Shown: positions 29,043 to 37,835 of the stretch, piece by piece
Layout: each line of letters starts with the position of its first letter
How positions within the stretch are numbered: the stretch's first letter is position 1
NCBI GenBank assembly: GCA_019056785.1
Contig: DXJV01000029.1
Location: forward strand, 64,001 to 128,000
Length of the DNA stretch: 64,000 nt
Origin: Candidatus Heimdallarchaeota archaeon
GTDB lineage: Archaea; Asgardarchaeota; Heimdallarchaeia; JABLTI01
Direction of reading: 5' to 3'
Program-made: the position numbers and the translations under genes
The notes under the pieces: generated by a model
Databases searched by the model: none
Told to the model about the DNA's origin: nothing
The model's input: only the letters and a program-made list of their open reading frames with translations

Positions 29043-29089
29043 GAACTGAGGAAGGACCAGCTCACCTCTCGTTTTTTTCAAATGATTAT

Positions 29090-29737
29090 TTATAAGATAA
29101 TCTGGATTTTCTGATGGATCGCGTAAGAAGACATACCACCTGAATCGAAGCGAAGACGAATCAATTTAGACTTGTCTTGTCCGTGAATAGCAATGACTTT
29201 TCCGGTGACCTTAGTCTCACTTTCAGGATATTTTAAAATGAATTTTTTACCTATCAATGTCTTATGGTTATAGTCATCCAAAACTCTTGCAATTGCTTGA
29301 TTGGTTTTTTGAAGCCTTTTGTCTCGTCGATAGCTAGTTATAATTGCGCTAATAAATTTGACTTTCTTTGATTTTGGTTTAGTGGTTGGCTTGGGTTTGG
29401 TTGTAGTGGAGGTCTTTGACTTTGTGCGTGTGCTTTTCTTTGTAGCGGTTGTTTTTACTTTTGGGGTGGTCTTTTTAGCCGTCGTTGGTTTTTTAGCTGC
29501 AGTGGTCTTTTTAGTTGTAGCCGGTTTTTTTGTTGTAGAAGTCTTTTTGGCTGGTGAAGTGCTCTTTTTAGTGGTAGTGGCTTTTTTTGTCGTTGTGGAA
29601 GTTTTAGTGGAAGATTTTTTCGCGGGTGTTTTTTTAGTGGAGGTTTGTTTTGTAGATGCTTTTTTGGTTGTGGTTGTTTTAGCAGCAGGTTTCTTTGCAG
29701 AGGTGCTTTTTGAAGTGGTTTTTTTCTTTTCTGGCAT
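29090..29737 (-). CDS. rpl35ae: 50S ribosomal protein L35Ae with a long histone-H1-like N-terminal extension
   Basis: C-terminal SYRR...Q.TNQ...LIGK...GKVIAIHG...RLRF matches L35Ae; first ~125 aa are K/T/A/S/P repeats. Confidence 0.82.
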   Translation of the reverse strand: MPEKKKTTSKSTSAKKPAAKTTTTKKASTKQTSTKKTPAKKSSTKTSTTTKKATTTKKSTSPAKKTSTTKKPATTKKTTAAKKPTTAKKTTPKVKTTATKKSTRTKSKTSTTTKPKPTTKPKSKKVKFISAIITSYRRDKRLQKTNQAIARVLDDYNHKTLIGKKFILKYPESETKVTGKVIAIHGQDKSKLIRLRFDSGGMSSYAIHQKIQIIL

Positions 29738-29815
29738 AACAAATCACTCTAAGTTATTATTCGATAGGTAGAGGACAAAAGATGTCATTCAAAAATCTTT
29801 TCTCTGTGATTAATT

Positions 29816-31219
29816 TTATTTTGCTATTTTCTTGTCCTCTACTGCAAGAAGGACACTCTCCAGCGAAATTAGAAAGTTCTCTATCTCACTTTTTTCAACA
29901 GTAATCAGTCGCCCGGGTTGATGAACGAGAATATTCCGTTTTTTCCGGACATTATTAATAGCTTCCTCTTGTTCTTTAGTTAAGAGGTCACGCTCGCGTA
30001 AGAATTGCAAGATCATATTAAAATTGGTATAAATCTCCACAGGAGCACCGAAGCGTTCTATAAGGCTTTTGAATAATTGCTCTGCAGAACGGAAAAGAAA
30101 AACCAAAGCGGTAGCACGTTCTTCCTCTGAAATTTCGTCCCAATGTTTAAGACGGTTTTTGACATACTCAATATCCGTCTTTAAGGAAACGACCTCATGT
30201 TCGTAACTGAATACATGCCGAGCAATATCATAAAACGGGCTTTCAAAGAACCGGTCCTTTATTACGGCAGTTTGTTTTGCCGAAACTTTTAATTGGTCCA
30301 AAATCGGCTTGTAAATGCGCCATGCTTGTTGTTTCGCAACAAAATTGTTGGCGTAATTTCTCAGCGCCTCTGATAAAGGTTCCTCGTATTCTTGCTGATA
30401 GATAGGATCAATCCGACGAGCGAAACGTCTGAGAGTGGTCTCTCCAACTAACCCTTCTATTGGGAATTGGCTAACAGCACGAATGTAGTTGTTTCTATTC
30501 AGCCGTTCTTCTTCATTTGGCGGCATAACTATAGGCAATGTCTCAAGGATCAGTTTTCTTAATCTACCGATAGAATAGAAAGCAAGAAGGTCGCTGAGAA
30601 AAGTAAGAACAGTAAATAGAATAGTGAAAATGATAACATTCACAATATTATCAATTTTATCAAGAACTAAAAAGTCTAGAACAATTGGCCTGAAATGTAA
30701 ATAGATAATGCCAATCAAATCTGCCAAAGATAAAATGGACCAAATAATTGAAAAGAGAAACAAAGTCTCAAAACTACTTAAGAGGTTATTTTTTCTATTA
30801 ACCTGGCTTTGGCTAATATATGAATCAATATATAGCTCACGCACACGGGCCACAAGCGGGGGAACAAGCTCCTTTTCAATGGCAGCACGAATCTTTTCTT
30901 TTTGGGTTCTTGTAAGGCTTGCTTCATCATCTGAGAAGATAAAAAGCTCGTCGATATTTTCTTTTAATTTTGACTCGTAATGTTTTCCAACGCCACTAAT
31001 AAAGTAGATTAACATTGGAGAAATCATGTAGATAAAAAGTGCAGGTGCAATCAACATTAAAGCCCAGAGAATAAAGCCCCAGTTGGGGGTTATTCCTTTT
31101 GCCAGAAGATAAATAGCATAGACAATAAATTCCAGCACAATAGGAGCGTAGACTCCAAGAAGAAAGCGTTGATTGAATAAAGCATTGGTTATTTTCGACC
31201 GCCAGTTATTGGTTCCCAT
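29816..31219 (-). CDS. 4-TM membrane protein with C-terminal HEPN (DUF4145-like) domain
   Basis: Four hydrophobic helices in the N-terminal half; C-terminal RSAEQLFK...INNVRKKRNILVH...EIENFL with intact RNxxxH. Confidence 0.72.
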   Translation of the reverse strand: MGTNNWRSKITNALFNQRFLLGVYAPIVLEFIVYAIYLLAKGITPNWGFILWALMLIAPALFIYMISPMLIYFISGVGKHYESKLKENIDELFIFSDDEASLTRTQKEKIRAAIEKELVPPLVARVRELYIDSYISQSQVNRKNNLLSSFETLFLFSIIWSILSLADLIGIIYLHFRPIVLDFLVLDKIDNIVNVIIFTILFTVLTFLSDLLAFYSIGRLRKLILETLPIVMPPNEEERLNRNNYIRAVSQFPIEGLVGETTLRRFARRIDPIYQQEYEEPLSEALRNYANNFVAKQQAWRIYKPILDQLKVSAKQTAVIKDRFFESPFYDIARHVFSYEHEVVSLKTDIEYVKNRLKHWDEISEEERATALVFLFRSAEQLFKSLIERFGAPVEIYTNFNMILQFLRERDLLTKEQEEAINNVRKKRNILVHQPGRLITVEKSEIENFLISLESVLLAVEDKKIAK

Positions 31220-31347
31220 GAAAAAGCACCTTTTATTACCTTAAAGCGAAGAACTATTTTTAATACATCTTAGTGTTATTAGGTTAAATAGTCTTTGATG
31301 ATTAATAAAAGTGGAACTGTGAGGGATAGGCCATCCAGCAACAAAAA

Positions 31348-32727
31348 GTGATCAAAAACGAAGAAACACTCATTAATATAGAAAAAGACCCCTTAATTAA
31401 AAGGGGAAGAAAACTACTCCTCGAGCTAATCGCCACTGGCATTCAAGCAGCAGACCCTTTTAAAGCCGTACAAAAACATGTCAAATTGGAAGGAAGAACA
31501 ATAAGAATCGCTACCAAATGGGAACGAGATATCTCTTCTTTTGAGAATGTAATTATTGTAGGAGCCGGGAAGGCCTCAGCCAAAATGGCTTTGGCTCTTG
31601 AAAAAATTCTGGGAGAGGAAAACATCACAAAAGGCTTAGTAAATGTTCCATCAGAAACCGTGAGCAATTTAACTGGAACATCAAAAATAAGATTCCATCC
31701 CGCCGGACATCCCGTGGCTACTAAGGCTTCTCTCGAGGGGACTAAGGAAATCATTAAATTAATTTCAGGATTAACACGAAATGACCTTGTCATTTGTGTG
31801 ATTAGTGGAGGCGGTTCTGCCATGCTGGAGCTGCCGATAGCAGGTATCACTCTCAACGATTTTTCCACTGTTTTTAATTTATTGACACAGAAAGGGGCAA
31901 CTATTTATGAATTGAATGCCTTTCGCAAACATTTATCACAAGTGAAAGGAGGGCGATTGGCAAAAATAGCCCGGCCAGCGGAGGTTGTTTCACTAATAAT
32001 AAGCGATGTTGTCGGCGATGACCTATCGACCATTGCTTCTGGACCCACTGCTCCAGATAAAACAAGCTGGCATGATCTAATGACAATTATGAAAAAATAT
32101 GCTCTTACAGCGGCACTTCCACAAACAGTAATACAGCTGATTGAAAAGGGCGTTAAAAGAGAGCTTGCAGAGACCCTTAGAGCAACCGACCCGGTTTTTA
32201 TGCGGGTATATAATTTCTTAATTGCATCTAATACACTTTCCTGTCATGCGATAAAACAGGCTGCCTTAGGAAAAGGTTTTACAGCGAGAATTGTTTCGAC
32301 AACACTAACAGGTGAAGCCCGGTTAGTAGGAGAAAAGTTAGCCGAAGAACTCCTCCATAGTGAGAAAAACAATGTGCTAATTGCGGGAGGGGAAACTACA
32401 GTAACCATTACCGGAAAAGGAATTGGCGGACGAAATCAAGAGCTGGCCTTAGCCGCAGCAACACATTTGAGCAACAAGGAAGGGATTTTTTTTGCAGCGG
32501 TTGGTTCTGATGGAAAAGATGGGCCGACAGATGCCGCAGGAGCAATCATCGACTATCAGACAATCTTAAAAGGAGTGAAGAAAGGATTGAGGGCTGAAAC
32601 CTTTTTACTTGATAATAATTCTTACGCTTTTCTAAAGGAAACAAATTCATTAATACTTACAGGACCCACCGGCACAAATGTGAGTGACCTCTTTCTGGGC
32701 GTACACCTGGCCCGAAAAGCCGAATAA
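31348..32727 (+). CDS. gck: Glycerate 2-kinase (MOFRL family)
   Basis: GAGKAS, GHP, ISGGGSA, RKHLSQVKGG, SDVVGDD, GGETTV, GGRNQE, GPTGTNVSD. Confidence 0.95.
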   Translation: MIKNEETLINIEKDPLIKRGRKLLLELIATGIQAADPFKAVQKHVKLEGRTIRIATKWERDISSFENVIIVGAGKASAKMALALEKILGEENITKGLVNVPSETVSNLTGTSKIRFHPAGHPVATKASLEGTKEIIKLISGLTRNDLVICVISGGGSAMLELPIAGITLNDFSTVFNLLTQKGATIYELNAFRKHLSQVKGGRLAKIARPAEVVSLIISDVVGDDLSTIASGPTAPDKTSWHDLMTIMKKYALTAALPQTVIQLIEKGVKRELAETLRATDPVFMRVYNFLIASNTLSCHAIKQAALGKGFTARIVSTTLTGEARLVGEKLAEELLHSEKNNVLIAGGETTVTITGKGIGGRNQELALAAATHLSNKEGIFFAAVGSDGKDGPTDAAGAIIDYQTILKGVKKGLRAETFLLDNNSYAFLKETNSLILTGPTGTNVSDLFLGVHLARKAE

Positions 32728-32868
32728 AAAAGTTCTCGAATTTATTTCCAGAGTTTTAAATGAGAATTAACAAGCATTTAAGTAGTTTCTAAAGACAAAG
32801 CTTTACAGAAGAGCCTTAATTGCAATAAATGGTAAATATATAAGGTAGTTCTTAAAATAGAATATCGA

Positions 32869-34062
32869 GTGTGTTTAAAGTTGTCGAATTCGTCGTTGTA
32901 TCAATATGCCTCTAAATATGCACAAAAAGCCTATGAACAAGATAAAGCTGGAAATTACAAAGCAGCACATCAAAATTATTTGAAAGCTGCAGAAGTGTTG
33001 CAACAGCTCATCCAATTCACAAGCAATCCCCAATTAAAAAACATGTACTATGTTAAAGCAAAAGAATATCTTGCTCGCGCAAAGGAGCTAAAAGATATGG
33101 GAATGCAACCGGTAGAAGGGGGGAGACGGAGAAGCTCAAGAAAGGGCAGCCGGGGAGGTGACAGTGGAGGGGATGAAGAAGAGGATGAACTTGAAGAGGC
33201 TATCTCGGAAATTATCATCGTGGAAAAACCCAACGTGAAAATGAGCCAGGTGGCAGGATTAGAAGAAGCAAAGAGAGCCTTGCGAGAAGCAATCATCCTA
33301 CCAATGAAACGACCCGACCTTTTTAAAGGCGCTCGAAACCCATGGCGAGGCATCTTACTTTTTGGCCCACCAGGTACCGGGAAAACATTATTAGCAAGAG
33401 CAGTTGCAACAGAAGTAGATGCAACCTTTTTTAACGTGAGTGCCTCAAGTATTATCTCGAAATGGCTGGGAGAATCGGAGAAACTGGTTCAACAGCTGTT
33501 TGAAACAGCCCAGGAAAAACAACCCTCGCTCATTTTCATAGATGAAGTAGATAGCATTGCTTCTGCAAGAGGTGGAAGCGAACATGATGCAATGCGCCGT
33601 GTGAAAACAACTTTGATGACCCAGATGGACGGAGTAACAACAAAGAAATCAGACCGGATTGTAGTTATAGGTGCAACTAACCTCCCATGGGAACTCGACC
33701 CGGCCTTTCGAAGCAGATTTGAAAAGCGCATCTATATTAATTTGCCTGATTTTCCTGCACGAGCGAAAATTTTTGAAATCCACACAAAAGGAGTAGAAAT
33801 CGACCAGACAGTCGATTGGAACCTCCTTGCTGAGGTAAGCGAGGGCTATTCAGGAAGAGACATTCAGCTGCTCTGTAGAGAAGCAGTAATGATGCCGGTA
33901 AGAGAACTTGATATTGCAGGTGCTTTGGACAATCCCGACATTAAAGCCAGGGCAGTAACAATCGACGACTTTATGTTAGCAATGGAGAAAATCAAACCCA
34001 GCGTTGCTCCTGAAGAACTTCTGAAGCACAGAGACTGGGCAGAAGAATTTGGAAGCGTCTAG
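32869..34062 (+). CDS. vps4: Vps4 AAA+ ATPase with N-terminal MIT domain
   Basis: MIT (A...DKAGNY..A...Y..AAE.L...EYLARAKEL), GILLFGPPGTGKT, SKWLGESEK, FIDEVD, ATNLPWELD, C-terminal WAEEFG. Confidence 0.95.
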   Translation: MCLKLSNSSLYQYASKYAQKAYEQDKAGNYKAAHQNYLKAAEVLQQLIQFTSNPQLKNMYYVKAKEYLARAKELKDMGMQPVEGGRRRSSRKGSRGGDSGGDEEEDELEEAISEIIIVEKPNVKMSQVAGLEEAKRALREAIILPMKRPDLFKGARNPWRGILLFGPPGTGKTLLARAVATEVDATFFNVSASSIISKWLGESEKLVQQLFETAQEKQPSLIFIDEVDSIASARGGSEHDAMRRVKTTLMTQMDGVTTKKSDRIVVIGATNLPWELDPAFRSRFEKRIYINLPDFPARAKIFEIHTKGVEIDQTVDWNLLAEVSEGYSGRDIQLLCREAVMMPVRELDIAGALDNPDIKARAVTIDDFMLAMEKIKPSVAPEELLKHRDWAEEFGSV

Positions 34063-34184
34063 AGAAAAGATGCTCATAATTCTTACCAAACAAATAATTA
34101 ATGAGGAAAAACAGTTAAGTAAAAACTACAACCAAAGTCTTAGTTACAATTGGCTACTGAAAAAGCAAACATGTGGGATAACAT

Positions 34185-35021
34185 ATGTCAGTAAAACAAA
34201 AGAAGAAGAAAACGAAAGCAAAAACAAAAAAGAAGACAACGCAAAAAGAGCAGACAGTACAAGAGGAGCAGCCGTTACAACAACAAGAACTGCAAGAAGA
34301 GAAAACACAACCTGCGAAATCCACCTTAGAGAGCAAACCGCCTCGCGAAGCAACTGTAACTATTTCCTTGATAGAAAACCCAGTCACAACAGAAGATAAG
34401 ATTTACAATGCATTATTACGGATAGAGCAGCTAATACAATCAGATGTAGCTATTTCCCGTGAGGATCTTTTTGACTTAGGAGAGGATGTTGAAAGACAGC
34501 TTTTGGAAATTCTTCCGGAATGGATTAATAAACCCTGGATGTATGTCACCCCCGAACACCAGAAACAACTCGATTCCTGGTGTGCAGATTGGTCCAATTT
34601 CATTATGGAATATGCCCGCATTAATATTAAACACATTATTCACATCGAAGAAGAACGAGCGAAATATCCATTCAATAATAAACAAATAAAGAAACGATTA
34701 GACAGAAAGCAATTTCAAACGATAGGTGATTATATAGTCGCCCAGGAGATGGGCATTTGGTGGGATAAGAAAAAAATTCGCCTCCGTCTCTATTGGCGAA
34801 CATTGGATGAATGGGCGGACATTATTTATGAGTGGAGTTTGAAAACAGGGCGTGCGGCCGGCCCCGAAAGAGTCATGACTTTGCTAGATATTCAAGAGGC
34901 AGGCCAACCATGGAGCACCATACCGGTCGAGGACCTGAAACGAATTTTTGAGATCATGAAAGAAAAAGGATATATTGAATGGGCTGATAAAAAGAAAACA
35001 GCTATTGCTTTTATTATCTGA
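34185..35021 (+). CDS. vps25: ESCRT-II Vps25 homologue with N-terminal extension
   Basis: QLDSW...PFNN..IKKRL...W...LYWRTLDEWADIIYEW...MTL.DI tandem winged-helix signature; directly downstream of vps4. Confidence 0.88.
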   Translation: MSVKQKKKKTKAKTKKKTTQKEQTVQEEQPLQQQELQEEKTQPAKSTLESKPPREATVTISLIENPVTTEDKIYNALLRIEQLIQSDVAISREDLFDLGEDVERQLLEILPEWINKPWMYVTPEHQKQLDSWCADWSNFIMEYARINIKHIIHIEEERAKYPFNNKQIKKRLDRKQFQTIGDYIVAQEMGIWWDKKKIRLRLYWRTLDEWADIIYEWSLKTGRAAGPERVMTLLDIQEAGQPWSTIPVEDLKRIFEIMKEKGYIEWADKKKTAIAFII

Positions 35022-35028
35022 GCGCAGT

Positions 35029-37227
35029 TCACTTTCTTTTTTCGTTTTTTATTGCAATGGTTTCAAAAGAGAGCTTTGGTTGATGGGTTACTGGCAAGCA
35101 ATTAACAGTTTGAAGCGAGAGATGGGGATACAGCTGGATAGTGGGTATTCCAGATGAAAAACTGACACTAATTTTATTTATTGCTTGGTGAGGGGACGGA
35201 GCACTAGCAGAGCTTGGCGGCATGGTCTGTTCAATAGTAGTATTACTCAGCCATTCAAAAACATTGACTAAAAAGTCCAAGTTATTTGTAGACGAGTATT
35301 TTCCATTCACACCCCAATTGTCAGCCATAAAATTGGAACCCGAAACAATAACACGACCAGAGGAATTTGTTGCAGATTCATACGCTGCAACTGCAATGTT
35401 AGTAGAAGTCTGATACCAAGCGATACCTTTGGAATTGTTGCCAGAAAGAGCTAGCTTCGCACCTAAAAAGTCGAAGTTAGTTAAATCGGCAGTCACAGGA
35501 TGAGTCGAATCCATATCGGTAATTAAAACAACATTGTAGGAGTCGGTTTCTTCGTCATAAATAATCTGCGAGGGAATAGAATCATTTGTGAAAGTGATAT
35601 TGAAGTTCTTGGTTAATCTGTTGGTTTCATTTAATGCAGCAGTACCGCTCCAAGCCCCAAGAACAAACAACCCATGACCAGATTCCACAAAATTGACAAT
35701 ATTTGTTATAGTTTGGTTTGTAAAAGGAATATAATAATTGACGAGTTCTTGATCAGTTCTCATTGCTAAGCCAAAAGTATTTGGATCAGCAATAACAAGA
35801 GCATCAAAGTTTTCCAAGTGAGTGAAATTATCAGGATGAGTTAATTCCACAAAAGTAATCCCTTCATCGGCAAGCTTTAAGCGAAACTCGAGAAATTGCC
35901 CGAAGAGATGATCAATAGACCATGCTGAGTGGAAAATATCAAAACCAACACGAACTTTTGGTGGGGCAATATTGACTGAGACATCTATTGCAAATGACTC
36001 GCCTAAACTACTCTCAACGATGATTGACTCTTCGTGCACCCCAAGAGGAAAGTTACTCGAGATATTAAAGAGACAATCGACAACACCACTCTGGTTAATG
36101 AGAACACTATTGGGGGTCTGAACAAGAGAGTCGCCTAAGGTATTAGTAGTGAAAGTGAATGTTTGTTGAAGGGGGCTAATAATTGTTATTGGAAAATGCC
36201 AGATGTCACCTTGAAAAGCAGTTGGCATGGAAAAAGGCAACTTATCAGGAAAAATAAAGCTCACTAAAGGCCAACCATTGCTCTTCGGTGCTTGAGTGAT
36301 AATTGTTTTTGCCACCTCAACATCGGCTATGCCAGCACCCATTGAATAAGGCGGGTAGGGGTAGTCAAAAGAAGCGCTTTGCATTAGAGCGGCTTTCAAC
36401 AAGCCGGGAGAGGTTTTGTAGCCTTGAGCTCTGCACCAAGAGAGGAGGACGGCCGCTTTTCCAGAAACTTTTGGGGCTGAAAAACTGGTACCAATGGCGA
36501 TTAATGTAAAGCCGGAATCCAACAAATCAGGTTTTATACGATGATCCTTTAAAGGGCCAATGCTACTATAGGCAGCCACGCCCTCAACCGTGGAGGCGCC
36601 AACAGTAATCGCTTGTAATGCATCACCGGGAGAATCAATGGTAGAAAGTGCATAACCGGTTTCATCGCCACTATTTCCAGCAGAAACAACAGTCAAAACG
36701 CCTTTTTCAAATGCAATGCGATTAATGAGTTCCACAATGGTATTATTACTTATAATTGGCCCACCAATTGAGAGATTAATAATGTCTGCATCGGCTTCAT
36801 ATGCAGCCCAGTAAATAGCAGCGTAAATCGCTGGGTAGGTGGCAGAGCCTTCTGAATCAGCACACCGAGCAATGATAAGCTTTGCTTGAGGCGCAATGCC
36901 AAACGAACGGCTGGCAATTTGCAAAGCTACTAAAGTACCATGATGATAGGGAGTATCATCAACAATTGAAGCGTTATTAGCATAACCAAATTCTGTTGTC
37001 ACGAAACTTTTTGTAGTGATAATAGAACCCTGCAATTCTCGTGAAACTTTGTAGCCGGCAATACGAGCAGTCATGTCGATGCCTGAATCCAAGACAGCAA
37101 TTTTTACGCCCTCACCGCCTTCCCGCGGAGGAATCCAAACCGAAACAAACACAAGTGCTCCGATAGAAGAAACAACAATAATAATGACAATCGCCCAGAT
37201 CGCCGTTCGCAGATTTTTTTCAGCCAT
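35029..37227 (-). CDS. Membrane-anchored S8 subtilase with C-terminal GIFT/DUF4350-like domain (Site-1-protease-like layout)
   Basis: Catalytic D (VLDSG), H (HHGT), oxyanion N (AGNSG), S (GTSFS); NLSIGGP; C-terminal FDIFH...FVESGHGLFVLG...GRVIVSG. Confidence 0.88.
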   Translation of the reverse strand: MAEKNLRTAIWAIVIIIVVSSIGALVFVSVWIPPREGGEGVKIAVLDSGIDMTARIAGYKVSRELQGSIITTKSFVTTEFGYANNASIVDDTPYHHGTLVALQIASRSFGIAPQAKLIIARCADSEGSATYPAIYAAIYWAAYEADADIINLSIGGPIISNNTIVELINRIAFEKGVLTVVSAGNSGDETGYALSTIDSPGDALQAITVGASTVEGVAAYSSIGPLKDHRIKPDLLDSGFTLIAIGTSFSAPKVSGKAAVLLSWCRAQGYKTSPGLLKAALMQSASFDYPYPPYSMGAGIADVEVAKTIITQAPKSNGWPLVSFIFPDKLPFSMPTAFQGDIWHFPITIISPLQQTFTFTTNTLGDSLVQTPNSVLINQSGVVDCLFNISSNFPLGVHEESIIVESSLGESFAIDVSVNIAPPKVRVGFDIFHSAWSIDHLFGQFLEFRLKLADEGITFVELTHPDNFTHLENFDALVIADPNTFGLAMRTDQELVNYYIPFTNQTITNIVNFVESGHGLFVLGAWSGTAALNETNRLTKNFNITFTNDSIPSQIIYDEETDSYNVVLITDMDSTHPVTADLTNFDFLGAKLALSGNNSKGIAWYQTSTNIAVAAYESATNSSGRVIVSGSNFMADNWGVNGKYSSTNNLDFLVNVFEWLSNTTIEQTMPPSSASAPSPHQAINKISVSFSSGIPTIQLYPHLSLQTVNCLPVTHQPKLSFETIAIKNEKRK

Positions 37228-37348
37228 ATTTTAAACACCGATTGTAGCTTTTTAGCAATTAATTTTTTAAGAAGGTTTTCCTATTTAAAAAAGATACTCA
37301 TCTCATTAAAAGCTATTGTAATGAACATAATTCGCGAGGGTTTAAAAA

Positions 37349-37807
37349 GTGGAAGATTGTTTTGAAATAGTCCCAATTGGGTTGGTGAAAAAAACTGAAA
37401 CAGCTACGTGGCTTGAGGTTTTCGAAAAATATCAAAAGGGATTATTACGCCTCGAGGAATTTTCACATGTTAAAACGCACTGGTGGACAAGTGGACGCGA
37501 CTCAAAAAAGGACCGACAAAAATTACGCGTGTACCCTCGTGTAAAACTAGGACCCAAGCAACATAAAGTGGACACACCTCTTTGTGGGGTGTTTGCAACA
37601 CGAGCGCCCGTTCGCCCCAATCCGATTGGTTTAACAATCGCTAAAATTTCCCACATTGAGAAAAATCGTGTTTTCATTGATCGACATGATGCCTTTAATG
37701 ATACGCCACTTATCGATTTAAAACCCTATATCCCAAAATCCGATAGCATAGAAAATGTGAAATTACCAACTTTTTTCAGAGGACTGGCGGAAAAAAGAGA
37801 AAGATAA
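37349..37807 (+). CDS. trmO: tRNA m6t6A37 methyltransferase TrmO/TsaA family
   Basis: GLLRLEEFSH, GVFATRAPVRPNPIGL, TPLIDLKPY. Confidence 0.92.
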   Translation: MEDCFEIVPIGLVKKTETATWLEVFEKYQKGLLRLEEFSHVKTHWWTSGRDSKKDRQKLRVYPRVKLGPKQHKVDTPLCGVFATRAPVRPNPIGLTIAKISHIEKNRVFIDRHDAFNDTPLIDLKPYIPKSDSIENVKLPTFFRGLAEKRER

Positions 37808-37825
37808 AAAAGAAAAGAAAAAAAA
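37806..37825 (-). terminator. Oligo-T tract on the minus strand after leuS
   Basis: Plus-strand A-tract aaaaaagaaaagaaaaaaaa 10-30 nt downstream of the leuS stop. Confidence 0.45.
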
Positions 37826-37835
37826 GAGGGGGAAT

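Noticed and set aside
29360-29735. Tandem DNA repeat array or CRISPR-like region
   Set aside because: The periodicity is imperfect and explained by Lys/Thr/Ala codons of the L35Ae extension; the antisense V/F-rich ORF 29358-29771 is its shadow.
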